This document shows, piece by piece, positions 26,362 through 35,003 of a stretch of 64,000 nt of DNA. This stretch comes from Candidatus Moraniibacteriota bacterium. Its GTDB lineage: Bacteria > Patescibacteriota > Minisyncoccia > Moranbacterales > UBA1568. Position 1 is the stretch's first letter, and every line of letters starts with the position of its first letter. The translations under genes and the position numbers were made by a program. The notes beneath the pieces are model-generated. The model had not been told where the DNA came from, ran no database searches, and saw only the letters and a list, made by a program, of their open reading frames with translations. Where the stretch lies: NCBI GenBank assembly GCA_963743885.1, contig CAVURJ010000001.1:140949-204948 (forward strand), in the 5' to 3' direction.

Positions 26362-27375
26362 ATGAATACAAGCGAATTCCTCCAATCAGAAGCCTGGGCG
26401 AAGCTGCAGGTCGCGGCTGGACATGAAGCGGTGCGTATCGGGGACGATGCGTATGGTTTTGTGCATGTGTTGCCGCTGGTTGGGCGTTACCTCTATACGC
26501 CGAGATGGCCGGCAGATGGAATCAAGAATCAAGAATCAAGAATCAAGAATCTACTTGCGGAAGCGGAGAAAGTCGGAGCGAAATGGATACGGATTGAGCC
26601 GGAGACGGAGGGGATGAAAGAGATACTTCTCCGCCAGCTGGCGGATCAGAATGGTACTGTTTCGGTAGAAAAATCTCCACATGACATGCAGCCGCGGGAG
26701 ACTTTTGTCATTGATATCGCGAAGAGCGAGGATGAGTTGCTCGCAGCAATGAAGCCGAAGACTCGCTACAATATCCGACTGGCAGAGAAGAAGGGTGTTC
26801 GGGTCTTCGCGACACAGGAAAAGAAATATCAAGAAGCCTTTCTTGATCTCATTACCGCGACCGCTGAGCGCAAGGACATCGTGCCGCATCCAAGGAGCTA
26901 TTATGAGAAATTCTTTACCGAGCTACCGGAGGAGATGTGTCACCTCTTCGTCGCGGAATATGAGGGTGTCGTCGTTGCGGCCAATCTCGTGATGATCTAT
27001 GGTGATACGGCGACGTACCTTCATGGCGGGTCAGGCGACCGGTATCGCGAGGCGATGGCGCCGTTCCTCCTCCAGTGGGAGCAGATCAAGTTCGCGAAAA
27101 GCAAGGGTTGTGCGAAGTACGACTTCGGAGGAGTGAGGACAGTCAACAGTCAACAGTCAACAGTCAACGGAGAAACTACAAACTACAAACTACAAACTAC
27201 AAGCTCGTGGGGAGGAATCACGAGATTCAAAACGGGATTTTCGCCGAAGACCGAGCCGACCGTCTTTCCTGGATGCTATGATATCGTACTCGACAAGAAA
27301 GCGTACTGTCTCTATGGGAAGCTGCGGCTGATCCAGGGTGTTCTCGTGCGGATAAGGAGGCTTTTCGGTCTGTAG
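26362..27375 (+). CDS. FemAB-family peptidoglycan aminoacyltransferase, with three in-frame heptamer arrays
   Basis: FemAB-like architecture (FVAEYEGVVVAANLVMIYGDTATYLHGG); arrays at 26519-26551, 27141-27168, 27174-27201. Confidence 0.65.
   Translation: MNTSEFLQSEAWAKLQVAAGHEAVRIGDDAYGFVHVLPLVGRYLYTPRWPADGIKNQESRIKNLLAEAEKVGAKWIRIEPETEGMKEILLRQLADQNGTVSVEKSPHDMQPRETFVIDIAKSEDELLAAMKPKTRYNIRLAEKKGVRVFATQEKKYQEAFLDLITATAERKDIVPHPRSYYEKFFTELPEEMCHLFVAEYEGVVVAANLVMIYGDTATYLHGGSGDRYREAMAPFLLQWEQIKFAKSKGCAKYDFGGVRTVNSQQSTVNGETTNYKLQTTSSWGGITRFKTGFSPKTEPTVFPGCYDIVLDKKAYCLYGKLRLIQGVLVRIRRLFGL
26519..26551. repeat. (AAGAATC)4 heptanucleotide microsatellite in femAB, encodes IKNQESRIKN
   Basis: gaatcaagaatcaagaatcaagaatcaagaatc. 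Confidence 0.9.
27141..27201. repeat. Adjacent (AGTCAAC)4 and (AACTACA)4 heptanucleotide arrays in femAB
   Basis: agtcaac x4 (27141-27168), ggagaa spacer, aactaca x4 (27174-27201); encode TVNSQQSTVNGETTNYKLQTT. Confidence 0.9.
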
Positions 27376-27619
27376 AAGAAACTCAATCGAAAACGAGACT
27401 TTACACGGCCTCTTTTTGTATGTTTTTATCCGCGGTGCTTTACGGGAAGACAGAAGAGTACTATACTCAGCTGTTCGTTAAAAACTGAAGAGTTTTTGCA
27501 ACAGAGAGCATCGGTTGTTGTGCGCGGCAGATTTTGTAGCTAATGACCGGATAAGGGAGGGGAACCACAGCATGACGCCCCTTTCATTCAGGGGGGGGCA
27601 TCATTTTGAGGAGAATAAC

Positions 27620-28243
27620 ATGATAAATATCCATGATTTCCCCGAAGAGCTTGTGTGTCAATTCATAGAAGCGCTTGAGAAGATCGGGCGCGGGCCGAAA
27701 GATCTTGAGAATCTTGTTCATAATGAACGGCTGTTGCGAAGCGCTTTCACGAAAGGAGATGATGAGTCGGGTATAATCGCAACGGATTTTTTTCCGGAAT
27801 TCGATCCGGTCGAGTGTATGGGCAAGGGCTGGAAACATGGTCATCATTCAGCATTATGCAACGGCATATGGGAGGAGCGCCGTCGCGGACATCCGTTCGG
27901 GCATTCCTGCGTAGATATCTCCGCCATCCTTCTGGAGCATGCGCTGTCAGATGATGAATCAGAAATATCTGGTATAGAAATGAAGCGGCGTCTCAAAGGA
28001 AGCGGGCGTGTCTGTCTCGGGGCGAAGGTATGCATGATTTTTTGGAAGTTCAGGATCCTCATTCCACAGAGTTGGAAAAAGAACGGGTGGGTCATTTATT
28101 TCGATGGCTCGTACGTTATCGATCCGCTTGGTCATCCATACACACTGTATCTGTGGTGCGTGTGCAATAAGTGGCGTTTGGGGTGGCGTTCAGTGTTCGA
28201 TAATCGGGGAAGGGATCATCGTTCCGCCGTGCTTAAGATCTAA
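27620..28243 (+). CDS. Hypothetical Cys/His-rich protein (low-GC islet); alternative start 27572 would place a G8 tract inside the CDS
   Basis: 208 aa from ATG 27620 (SD gaggag); upstream ATG 27572 also has SD gggagg; G8 at 27591-27598. Confidence 0.45.
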   Translation: MINIHDFPEELVCQFIEALEKIGRGPKDLENLVHNERLLRSAFTKGDDESGIIATDFFPEFDPVECMGKGWKHGHHSALCNGIWEERRRGHPFGHSCVDISAILLEHALSDDESEISGIEMKRRLKGSGRVCLGAKVCMIFWKFRILIPQSWKKNGWVIYFDGSYVIDPLGHPYTLYLWCVCNKWRLGWRSVFDNRGRDHRSAVLKI

Positions 28244-28343
28244 TCTCTGAATCGAAGCGCCTTTTCGCATATTCCGTGTCTTGGTATCCGCCTCGGCACG
28301 GGATTTTCTTTTTTTAAGAAATATCTATACACTAGGAAGTACT

Positions 28344-29600
28344 ATGAAACGATTCATTTCGCGGCTTCTGCCGCAGCAGGCCAAGAATTGGTATCATTTC
28401 GCGCAGGCGGTCGTCGCATGCGTCTTCTTCGGCTTTCCTGGGAAGAAGCTTCGGGTGATCGGTGTGACTGGGACGAACGGTAAGACGACCACGACGCAGA
28501 TGATCGCGCGCATTCTCGACAAGGCCGGGAAAAAAATAGCGATGGCCTCGACAATCAATTTTCAGATTGGAGAGAGGAAGTGGACCAATGCCTCGAAGTT
28601 CACGACACTCTCGCCGTGGAAGCTGCAGAAGTTTCTTTCCGAGGCGGTGGCGGCTGGTTGCGAATATGCGATCGTCGAGACATCGTCGCATGCACTCGAT
28701 CAGGGCCGGGTATGGGGTATTCCGTACGCGATTGCTGTCATGACCAATGTGACGCGCGAGCATCTCGACTATCACAAAACGATGGAAGGATATCGTGCGG
28801 CCAAGCGGAAGCTTTTCGAGATGGCGGACAAAGCGGTCATCAATGCTGATATGGAGGAGCCGGAGTACTTCCGTATCCCTGGAAGAGAGTCTATCGCGTA
28901 TAGTGTAAAGGACGTGAGCGCACATCTCTTTGCCCAGCATGTCGAGCTCGATTTCAAGGGGACGGAGTTTGCAGTCGATGGGACAGAGTTCCGTTTGCAT
29001 CTTCCGGGACTTTTCAATATCGAGAATGCGCTCGCAGCACTCGGTGTCGCTCGGCTGCTCCAGATTGATTTCTCGGTCGCTCGGGAAGCGCTTGAGAGCA
29101 TCGCGGGTGTGTCGGGGCGCATGGAGCTTGTGCCGAACGCGGTCGAGGCGGATATCTTGATTGACTACGCGGTGACGCCAGACGCTTTCGAGAAGCTCTA
29201 TGCCTCTATCATTCCGCTCAAGATCCCGGGTTCGAAGATCATCCATGTTTTCGGTGTGTGTGGCGAGCGCGATCGGGGCAAGCGGCCGATGCTCGGCGAG
29301 ATCGCTTCGTCCAATGCGGATATCATCATCCTGACGAACGAGGACCCGTACTATGAGGATCCGGAACAGATCATTGATGATATAGAAAAAGGAGTGACGA
29401 AGAAAAAGGATAAGGACTATTTCCGTGTCTTCGACCGGCGCGAAGCGATCCGGAAGGCGCTTTCGATCATGGAGATCGGCGACATCGTGCTCATCACTGG
29501 CAAGGGCGCGGAGGAGACGATGGCGCTCGGTGGCAAGCGCATCCCGTGGAATGAACGCAGGGTGGTTGAGGAAGAACTCTCACAGTTATCAAGTTTGTAA
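28344..29600 (+). CDS. murE: Mur ligase family enzyme, MurE-like (UDP-MurNAc-tripeptide synthetase)
   Basis: GVTGTNGKTTTTQMIARIL P-loop, Mur ligase middle/C domains. Confidence 0.75.
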   Translation: MKRFISRLLPQQAKNWYHFAQAVVACVFFGFPGKKLRVIGVTGTNGKTTTTQMIARILDKAGKKIAMASTINFQIGERKWTNASKFTTLSPWKLQKFLSEAVAAGCEYAIVETSSHALDQGRVWGIPYAIAVMTNVTREHLDYHKTMEGYRAAKRKLFEMADKAVINADMEEPEYFRIPGRESIAYSVKDVSAHLFAQHVELDFKGTEFAVDGTEFRLHLPGLFNIENALAALGVARLLQIDFSVAREALESIAGVSGRMELVPNAVEADILIDYAVTPDAFEKLYASIIPLKIPGSKIIHVFGVCGERDRGKRPMLGEIASSNADIIILTNEDPYYEDPEQIIDDIEKGVTKKKDKDYFRVFDRREAIRKALSIMEIGDIVLITGKGAEETMALGGKRIPWNERRVVEEELSQLSSL

Positions 29601-29654
29601 AGTTTTTAAAGTCATAAAGTCTGCGAGTCTGAAAGACGGAGAAAAAAAAGAAAA

Positions 29655-29692
29655 GCCGCCCGACGATGAGTCGAAGGGCGGTTTTTGTTTGG
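29655..29692. terminator. Bidirectional rho-independent terminator
   Basis: aaagccgcccgacgatgagtcgaagggcggttttt. Confidence 0.7.
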
Positions 29693-29707
29693 CGCGTTGG
29701 CCGTGGA

Positions 29708-30100
29708 TCAGCCGGACGCGTTTTGAGCGAGCAACTGAGCCGCAAGAGTGGGAGGGCTTGTATCGCTGTCTTTTTCAGGATCAACGATGGCGGGCTGGGT
29801 CGGTCGGGAACTGAGTGTGATGGCGCCTTCCATGGCGCGGCACAGAAGGTCCCGAGTCGTACTGTCGGTCTGTTGTTTCGGAAGTCCATCGTAGAGCTTC
29901 TGGATCAGCATCGAGTAGACGAAGTCTTCTTCAAGAGAAGTAAGACTGTAGATTTCTTCGCCTGCGATTTTCAAGACCTCTTTCGGGGTCAGCTTTTGAC
30001 GATGCTTCATGCCCTCATCGGTTACTTGAGCGGCATAGAAGAAGTAAGACGGGTTGTCGTTACGATGCCGTTTGCCGAAGCAGTAGAAAATACGGATCAT
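29708..30100 (-). CDS. Hypothetical protein
   Basis: 130-aa ORF convergent on terminator; downstream of PAP2 gene on same strand; weak coding signal. Confidence 0.35.
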   Translation of the reverse strand: MIRIFYCFGKRHRNDNPSYFFYAAQVTDEGMKHRQKLTPKEVLKIAGEEIYSLTSLEEDFVYSMLIQKLYDGLPKQQTDSTTRDLLCRAMEGAITLSSRPTQPAIVDPEKDSDTSPPTLAAQLLAQNASG

Positions 30101-30219
30101 AGGGCCCTCCTTTCGGGCGTTTGGTTGTTAAGGAAGGGGTTCGCTTTGTGAGGCTTTGTGGACAAAAAAAACGATGAGAGCAGTATGCGCTCCCATCGTG
30201 GCTCTTGTCAAGATTGGCT

Positions 30220-30666
30220 CTAAGCGAGGACGGCGATGAAGAGAAGAGTGAGGAAGAAGCCGATGATGGCGCCGCCGATGACCTCGCTCGTGCGATGACC
30301 GACGCGCTCCTTGAGGCGGGGGAACTTCTCTTCGTCGATCTCGCCTTTCAGCTGGTCGATGAGCATATTGAGGTAGCGGCCCTGGTCGCCTAAGTGCATG
30401 CGGATGCGAGCGGCGTCATCGACGACGATGAAGGCGAGGACGGCCGCGAGGGCGAAGGTGCCGGAATGGATGCTTTCGTAATAGCCGACCGTCGTGAGGA
30501 GTGAGACGACGAGCGCGGTGTGGGCACTTGGCATGTGGCCGTGGGTGAAGACATATTCCGGCTGCCACCCGTGCTTCATGGTGAAGAGGATGAACTTGAT
30601 GATTTGGGCGATGACACCAACTGTGATCGGGATCGCGAAGAGGTAGTATGTCTGCACAGAATCCAT
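30220..30666 (-). CDS. Divergent PAP2-family (YuiD-like) membrane protein
   Basis: HGHMPSAHTALVVSL motif, 4 TM. Confidence 0.6.
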   Translation of the reverse strand: MDSVQTYYLFAIPITVGVIAQIIKFILFTMKHGWQPEYVFTHGHMPSAHTALVVSLLTTVGYYESIHSGTFALAAVLAFIVVDDAARIRMHLGDQGRYLNMLIDQLKGEIDEEKFPRLKERVGHRTSEVIGGAIIGFFLTLLFIAVLA

Positions 30667-30739
30667 AGCCTTTTTGGTTAATGTTTCGTTTTTAGTATAG
30701 CATTTTTGGTGTGGTATAATAAGGGTGTCTTAAATCGTA

Positions 30740-31306
30740 ATGTCAAATCATATGGGTATTGGATTGATCCTGCTGATAGTTCTGGCAGTCGTCGTGCTGT
30801 ACGTGGTCGGTGCATACAACGGCTTGGTTCGCCTCAAGAACCGTGCCGGGGAAGCCTGGAGCGATATTGATGTGCAGCTCAAGCGTCGTTATGATCTCAT
30901 CCCGAACCTCGTGAGTACGGTGAAGGGGTATGCCGCGCATGAGAGTGGTGTTTTCGAGAAGGTGACTGAGGCGCGTACTAAGGCTATGTCAGCGACCGGT
31001 GTCGCCGAGAAGGGTGAGGCGGAGAATATGCTTGCCGGCGCACTCAAGTCTGTCTTTGCGATCGCGGAAGCATATCCGGATCTCAAGGCGAACCAGAACT
31101 TCCTCGAGCTGCAGCGCGAGCTCTCCGATACGGAGAACAAGATCCAGGCGTCCCGCCGCTTCTACAATGGCAACGTCATGGAGCTCAACACTAAGATCGA
31201 GATGTTCCCGTCGAATATCATCGCGGGCATGTTCAACTTCGCGAAGCGCGAGTTCTTCGAACTGAACGAAGAGGCAGCCAAGGAGCCGGTCAAGGTCGAG
31301 TTCTAA
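30740..31306 (+). CDS. lemA: LemA family protein
   Basis: N-terminal TM + VVGAYNGLVRLKNRAGEAWSDIDVQLKRRYDLIPNLV; extended -10 (tggtataat) upstream. Confidence 0.85.
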   Translation: MSNHMGIGLILLIVLAVVVLYVVGAYNGLVRLKNRAGEAWSDIDVQLKRRYDLIPNLVSTVKGYAAHESGVFEKVTEARTKAMSATGVAEKGEAENMLAGALKSVFAIAEAYPDLKANQNFLELQRELSDTENKIQASRRFYNGNVMELNTKIEMFPSNIIAGMFNFAKREFFELNEEAAKEPVKVEF

Positions 31307-33035
31307 TTGCTGGCTATGAGCCTTCTCAATAAGGCATTAAAAGGGAGTCTTGGACTTATTGCCCTCGGCTTCCTTTTCTTTTGTGCGGAACCGGTGCGAG
31401 CCGAGGAAATCAGCCGTTTCTCTACCGATATCGTGGTAGGGAGCGATGCATCGATGGCTGTTGTTGAGACCATTGACTATGATTTTGGCGAGGAGATGCG
31501 TCATGGCATTTATCGTGATATCCCGACGGAGTACGTGACGAAGCTCGGGGCGGATCAGAGTATCGATATCAACGTAGAGGGCGTGGAAGACGCTTCTGGG
31601 AAGAGCTATACGTATGAGACGTCCTCTTCTGGTGGTGTCTTGAAGATCAAGATTGGCGATGCCGATACGCTGATCACTGGGCGGCATACGTATGTCATCC
31701 GTTACCGGGCCCGGTATGCATTCGGATATTTCGATGGCTTTGATGAGCTCTATTGGAATGCGACGGGCAATGGTTGGCAGGTGCCAATAGGTCGAGCCGA
31801 AGCGAGGCTGACGCTGCCCGAGAATGTGCCGTCGGACAAGATCCAGACGAGTTGTTATCTCGGCGCATACGGGAGCAGTGAATCCTGCGACGACGCCGCT
31901 CATTTCGATGGACGTGCCTACGTCGCTTCTGCTTCTCGGGTCCTCCAGCCGAGTGAAGGACTGACGATCGCGGTCGGTTTTCCAAAGGGGGTCATTCGTG
32001 AGGTCGGTACGCTTGAGCGGATCTGGAATTTCATCAAGGATAATCCGGTCTCGCTCCTGCCACTTCTCGTCTTCGGGTATATGTTCCGGCACTGGTATCG
32101 CTACGGGCGCGACCCGGAAGGTCGTGGGACGGTCATCCCAGAATACGATATGCCGGGAAGGACTGTCTGTTATCGAGGTGGCGGGACTGATGAAGAGCTC
32201 TGTCTCGGCTGAGCAGGTCTCGGCGGGTATCGTCGACCTTGCCGTGCGCGGCTATTTGAAGATTGCGAAGACTGAGAAAAAGGTCCTCGTTTTCTCAAGC
32301 GATGAGTATGTCTTTACCCGGACGGAGAAGCCAGCTGAGGATGCTATCGATCGAGCATTCCTTGAGGCACTTTTCGGCGAAGCGGACGGTTTTGGCAAGG
32401 CGGTCGAGCTCTCGTCGCTCAAGCAGAAGTTCTACAAGTCCATCCCGGAGATAGAGAAGCTCGCTATGGGGCGGCTCGTCGAGAAGGGATACTTCCCGAA
32501 GAACCCGAAGGATGTCATCGGTAAATACATCTTGTTCGGGGTCTTAGGTATCTTTGCGGCTGTTTTCGTTTTTCCGGGTGGTCCGGTGGCGGTCATCTCG
32601 GTCATTATCTCGTTCGTCGCCTATTTCGTTTTTGCTGCGCTCATGGGTACCGTGACGAAGGACGGGGCGATCGTGAAGGAGCACATCTTGGGTCTCAAGG
32701 ATTATCTTTCCATTGCGGAGAAGAATCGTATCGAGTTTCACAACGCTCCTGAGAAGCGGCCGGAGCTCTTTGAGAAGCTCCTGCCGGCTGCGATGATCCT
32801 CGGTGTGGAGAAGCTTTGGGCTAGGGAATTCGAGGATATGTATATGGCGGAGCCACAGTGGTATAGCGGTGCGCATGGGGCGGCGTTTTCGGCATCAGCG
32901 TTCGCATCGGATCTCGGCGGCTTCCAGACGGCAGCATCGCAGACGCTCGCTTCTGCTCCGGGCGGATCGAGCGGCTCTGGTGGCGGTGGATTCTCCGGCG
33001 GAGGTGGCGGCGGAGGTGGCGGTGGGAGCTGGTAA
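31307..33035 (+). pseudogene. DUF2207 (TPM-associated) membrane protein split by a frameshift near 32153-32157
   Basis: ORFs 31307-32212 and 31998-33035 are N and C halves (EYDMP | EGLSVIEVAGL...DLAVRGYLKI; Gly-rich tail); deleting one G in ccggg restores the frame. Confidence 0.55.
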
Positions 33036-33078
33036 TCCACTGGCGTTTCAGGTAAAATTTCTGTTTTTAGGGTATACT

Positions 33079-33118
33079 GGATGTCGCAGAGTATACCCTT
33101 TTCATTTTTTTATCTTGA
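33079..33118 (+). terminator. Rho-independent terminator
   Basis: gggtatact-ggatgtcgcag-agtataccc + ttttcattttttt. Confidence 0.6.
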
Positions 33119-33137
33119 ATTGTGAAACCTCTTTTTC

Positions 33138-33239
33138 TGTCATCCCGGGCTCGACCCGGGATCCAGAAATATGACTAAATAAAGAAGTCCTGGATTCCCG
33201 CCTGCGCCAGCCTCGACGTCTAGGCGGGCGGGAATGACA
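33138..33239. mobile_element. MITE-like ~100-bp element with terminal inverted repeats TGTCATCCCGG / CGGGAATGACA, containing GC-palindrome copy D
   Basis: tgtcatcccgggctcgacccgggatccagaaa ... cccgcctgcgccagcctcgacgtctaggcgggcgggaatgaca. Confidence 0.5.
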
Positions 33240-33278
33240 ACTGAAAGCGGAGCTTCATAATCCAAAGTTTTTACGCCT

Positions 33279-34172
33279 ATGGCAACTCTCTATACAAGTT
33301 ATGATCGGAACAGCCGGCTGACCTGGGTCTATCTGACCGGGTTCCTCGTCTTCGTGATCGGCGTTGGCTATGTCTTCGCTGGTGCGATGCAGTCGAGTGC
33401 GATTCTTTATGGCGCGGTGGCTTTTTCAATCATCATGAGCGTCTCGTCGTACTGGTATAGCGATCGGATCGTGCTCTCGATGAGCGACGCGAAGCTGGTT
33501 GAATTTGAAAGCAACAAAGAGCTGTACCGTCTCGTGGAGAATCTCGCCATCACAGCGGGCCTGCCGACGCCAAAGATCTATGTCATCGAGGATACGGCGA
33601 TGAACGCCTTCGCGACGGGGCGTGATCCGGAGCACGGCGTGATCTGTTTCACGACTGGCATCCTCTCGCGGCTCGATCGTGCGGAGCTTGAGGGTGTCGC
33701 CGCACACGAGCTCTCGCATATTGGCAACCGGGATACGCTTGTCGCGACTGTTGTCGTCATTCTGGTCGGCTTCGTGGCGCTCCTCGCTGATTGGTTCCGA
33801 CACTGGGCCTGGTATGGCAGTCGGGATAATGACAACCGTGATGGTCGGCTACAGCTGATCTTGTTCGTGGCGGCAATCATCCTTTCGCTCTTGGCGCCGC
33901 TCGCAGCGACCCTCATGCAACTTGCCATCTCGCGGAAGCGCGAATTCCTGGCAGATGCATCAGGAGCTCTCCTGACGCGTTATCCAGAAGGATTGGCCCG
34001 CGCTCTTGAGAAGATTTCGGGCGATACTGAACCGCTCGAAGCTGCCAACCGTGCCACCGCTTCGCTCTATATATCGAATCCTTTCAAGGGAAAGAAAGTG
34101 TCCAAGTTTTTCATGACCCATCCGCCGATGGAAGAACGTATTGCGGCGCTCCGGGGGATGAACCTTAAGTAG
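33279..34172 (+). CDS. htpX: Zinc metalloprotease HtpX (peptidase M48)
   Basis: HELSHIGNRD HExxH motif, 4 TM, 297 aa. Confidence 0.85.
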   Translation: MATLYTSYDRNSRLTWVYLTGFLVFVIGVGYVFAGAMQSSAILYGAVAFSIIMSVSSYWYSDRIVLSMSDAKLVEFESNKELYRLVENLAITAGLPTPKIYVIEDTAMNAFATGRDPEHGVICFTTGILSRLDRAELEGVAAHELSHIGNRDTLVATVVVILVGFVALLADWFRHWAWYGSRDNDNRDGRLQLILFVAAIILSLLAPLAATLMQLAISRKREFLADASGALLTRYPEGLARALEKISGDTEPLEAANRATASLYISNPFKGKKVSKFFMTHPPMEERIAALRGMNLK

Positions 34173-34262
34173 AATTATTATTCGGCTAACGGGTTTTGCG
34201 GGTTAACGAGTTCGTATTTAACCCGTTAACGCGTTAACTCGTGAACTGATCAATTTCTAATT

Positions 34263-34775
34263 ATGGCATCTCCATATCAAGATTTCGTCGCGAAGGCTCG
34301 GGAGCGTTTCGAGGCCAAGCGGCAGGCGAAAGCACAGAGTACTGGCCAGTATCGTTTCACGCTGCATGCGCAGTTCAAGATGCAGCAGTACGGGTTGTCG
34401 GATCAGAAGGTGCGGAGTGTCATCCGCAATCCGCGTCGCCGCGAGGAAGGCATTGTGAAAGACACGGTCGCGGTGATGCAGCCGGTTTCGGTGAAGCGGG
34501 GTGCTGATGGCAAGGATACCTGGAAGCAGGAAATCTGGGTGATGTTCGTTTTGAAGAATCAAGAATCAAGAATCAAGAATCAAGAACAAAAGAAGAAAAA
34601 GGCTGGAAGCGACCAATCGGAGTCTCATGATTCTCAATTCTCAATTCTTAATTCTGCGGGCCGACAGGTCCGCATTATAAGTGCCTGGCGGTATCCGGGA
34701 ATCAGCCCGAAAAGGAACCCTATACCAGAGGATATTCTTTTGGAGCTTGAGAGAGAAGATGTTCTGGAGGGCTGA
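34263..34775 (+). CDS. Hypothetical protein (DUF4258-like N-terminus) containing an (AAGAATC)4 array
   Basis: YRFTLHAQFKMQQYGLSDQKVRSVIRNP; array at 34554-34587 encodes KNQESRIKNQEQ. Confidence 0.45.
   Translation: MASPYQDFVAKARERFEAKRQAKAQSTGQYRFTLHAQFKMQQYGLSDQKVRSVIRNPRRREEGIVKDTVAVMQPVSVKRGADGKDTWKQEIWVMFVLKNQESRIKNQEQKKKKAGSDQSESHDSQFSILNSAGRQVRIISAWRYPGISPKRNPIPEDILLELEREDVLEG
34554..34587. repeat. (AAGAATC)4 heptanucleotide microsatellite, third copy
   Basis: aagaatc x4 + aagaac; inverted degenerate (GATTCTY)4 at 34629-34656. Confidence 0.9.
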
Positions 34776-35003
34776 CGGAAGCCTGTCTCTGCCTGCCCAC
34801 TTCGATTGATGTTTCATCGAGGCGAGCAGGTAGGCGCCTTTGACGGGATATTTTGCGGGAAATCGAAGAGGGGGATATAATAGAGGTAGGAGAATAGTGG
34901 GTGCTTCCCGCTCCGTCAGTAAGATAATTAATCGGTATCGCGCCGAATCCGTCTGTTATCCGCCAACTAGCGGAGGCGGAGGAGAGGTGGTGGACCAATA
35001 CGT

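Noticed and set aside
29666-30151. 161-aa plus-strand ORF
   Set aside because: Starts inside the murE terminator hairpin and overlaps the convergent minus-strand ORF 29708-30100, which fits operon context better. Neither is strongly supported.
16594-34656. Possible CRISPR array from the recurring AAGAATC units
   Set aside because: The units are 7 nt, perfectly tandem without spacers, and lie inside coding sequences. This is not CRISPR architecture. No 24-48-nt repeat/spacer array was found anywhere in the window.
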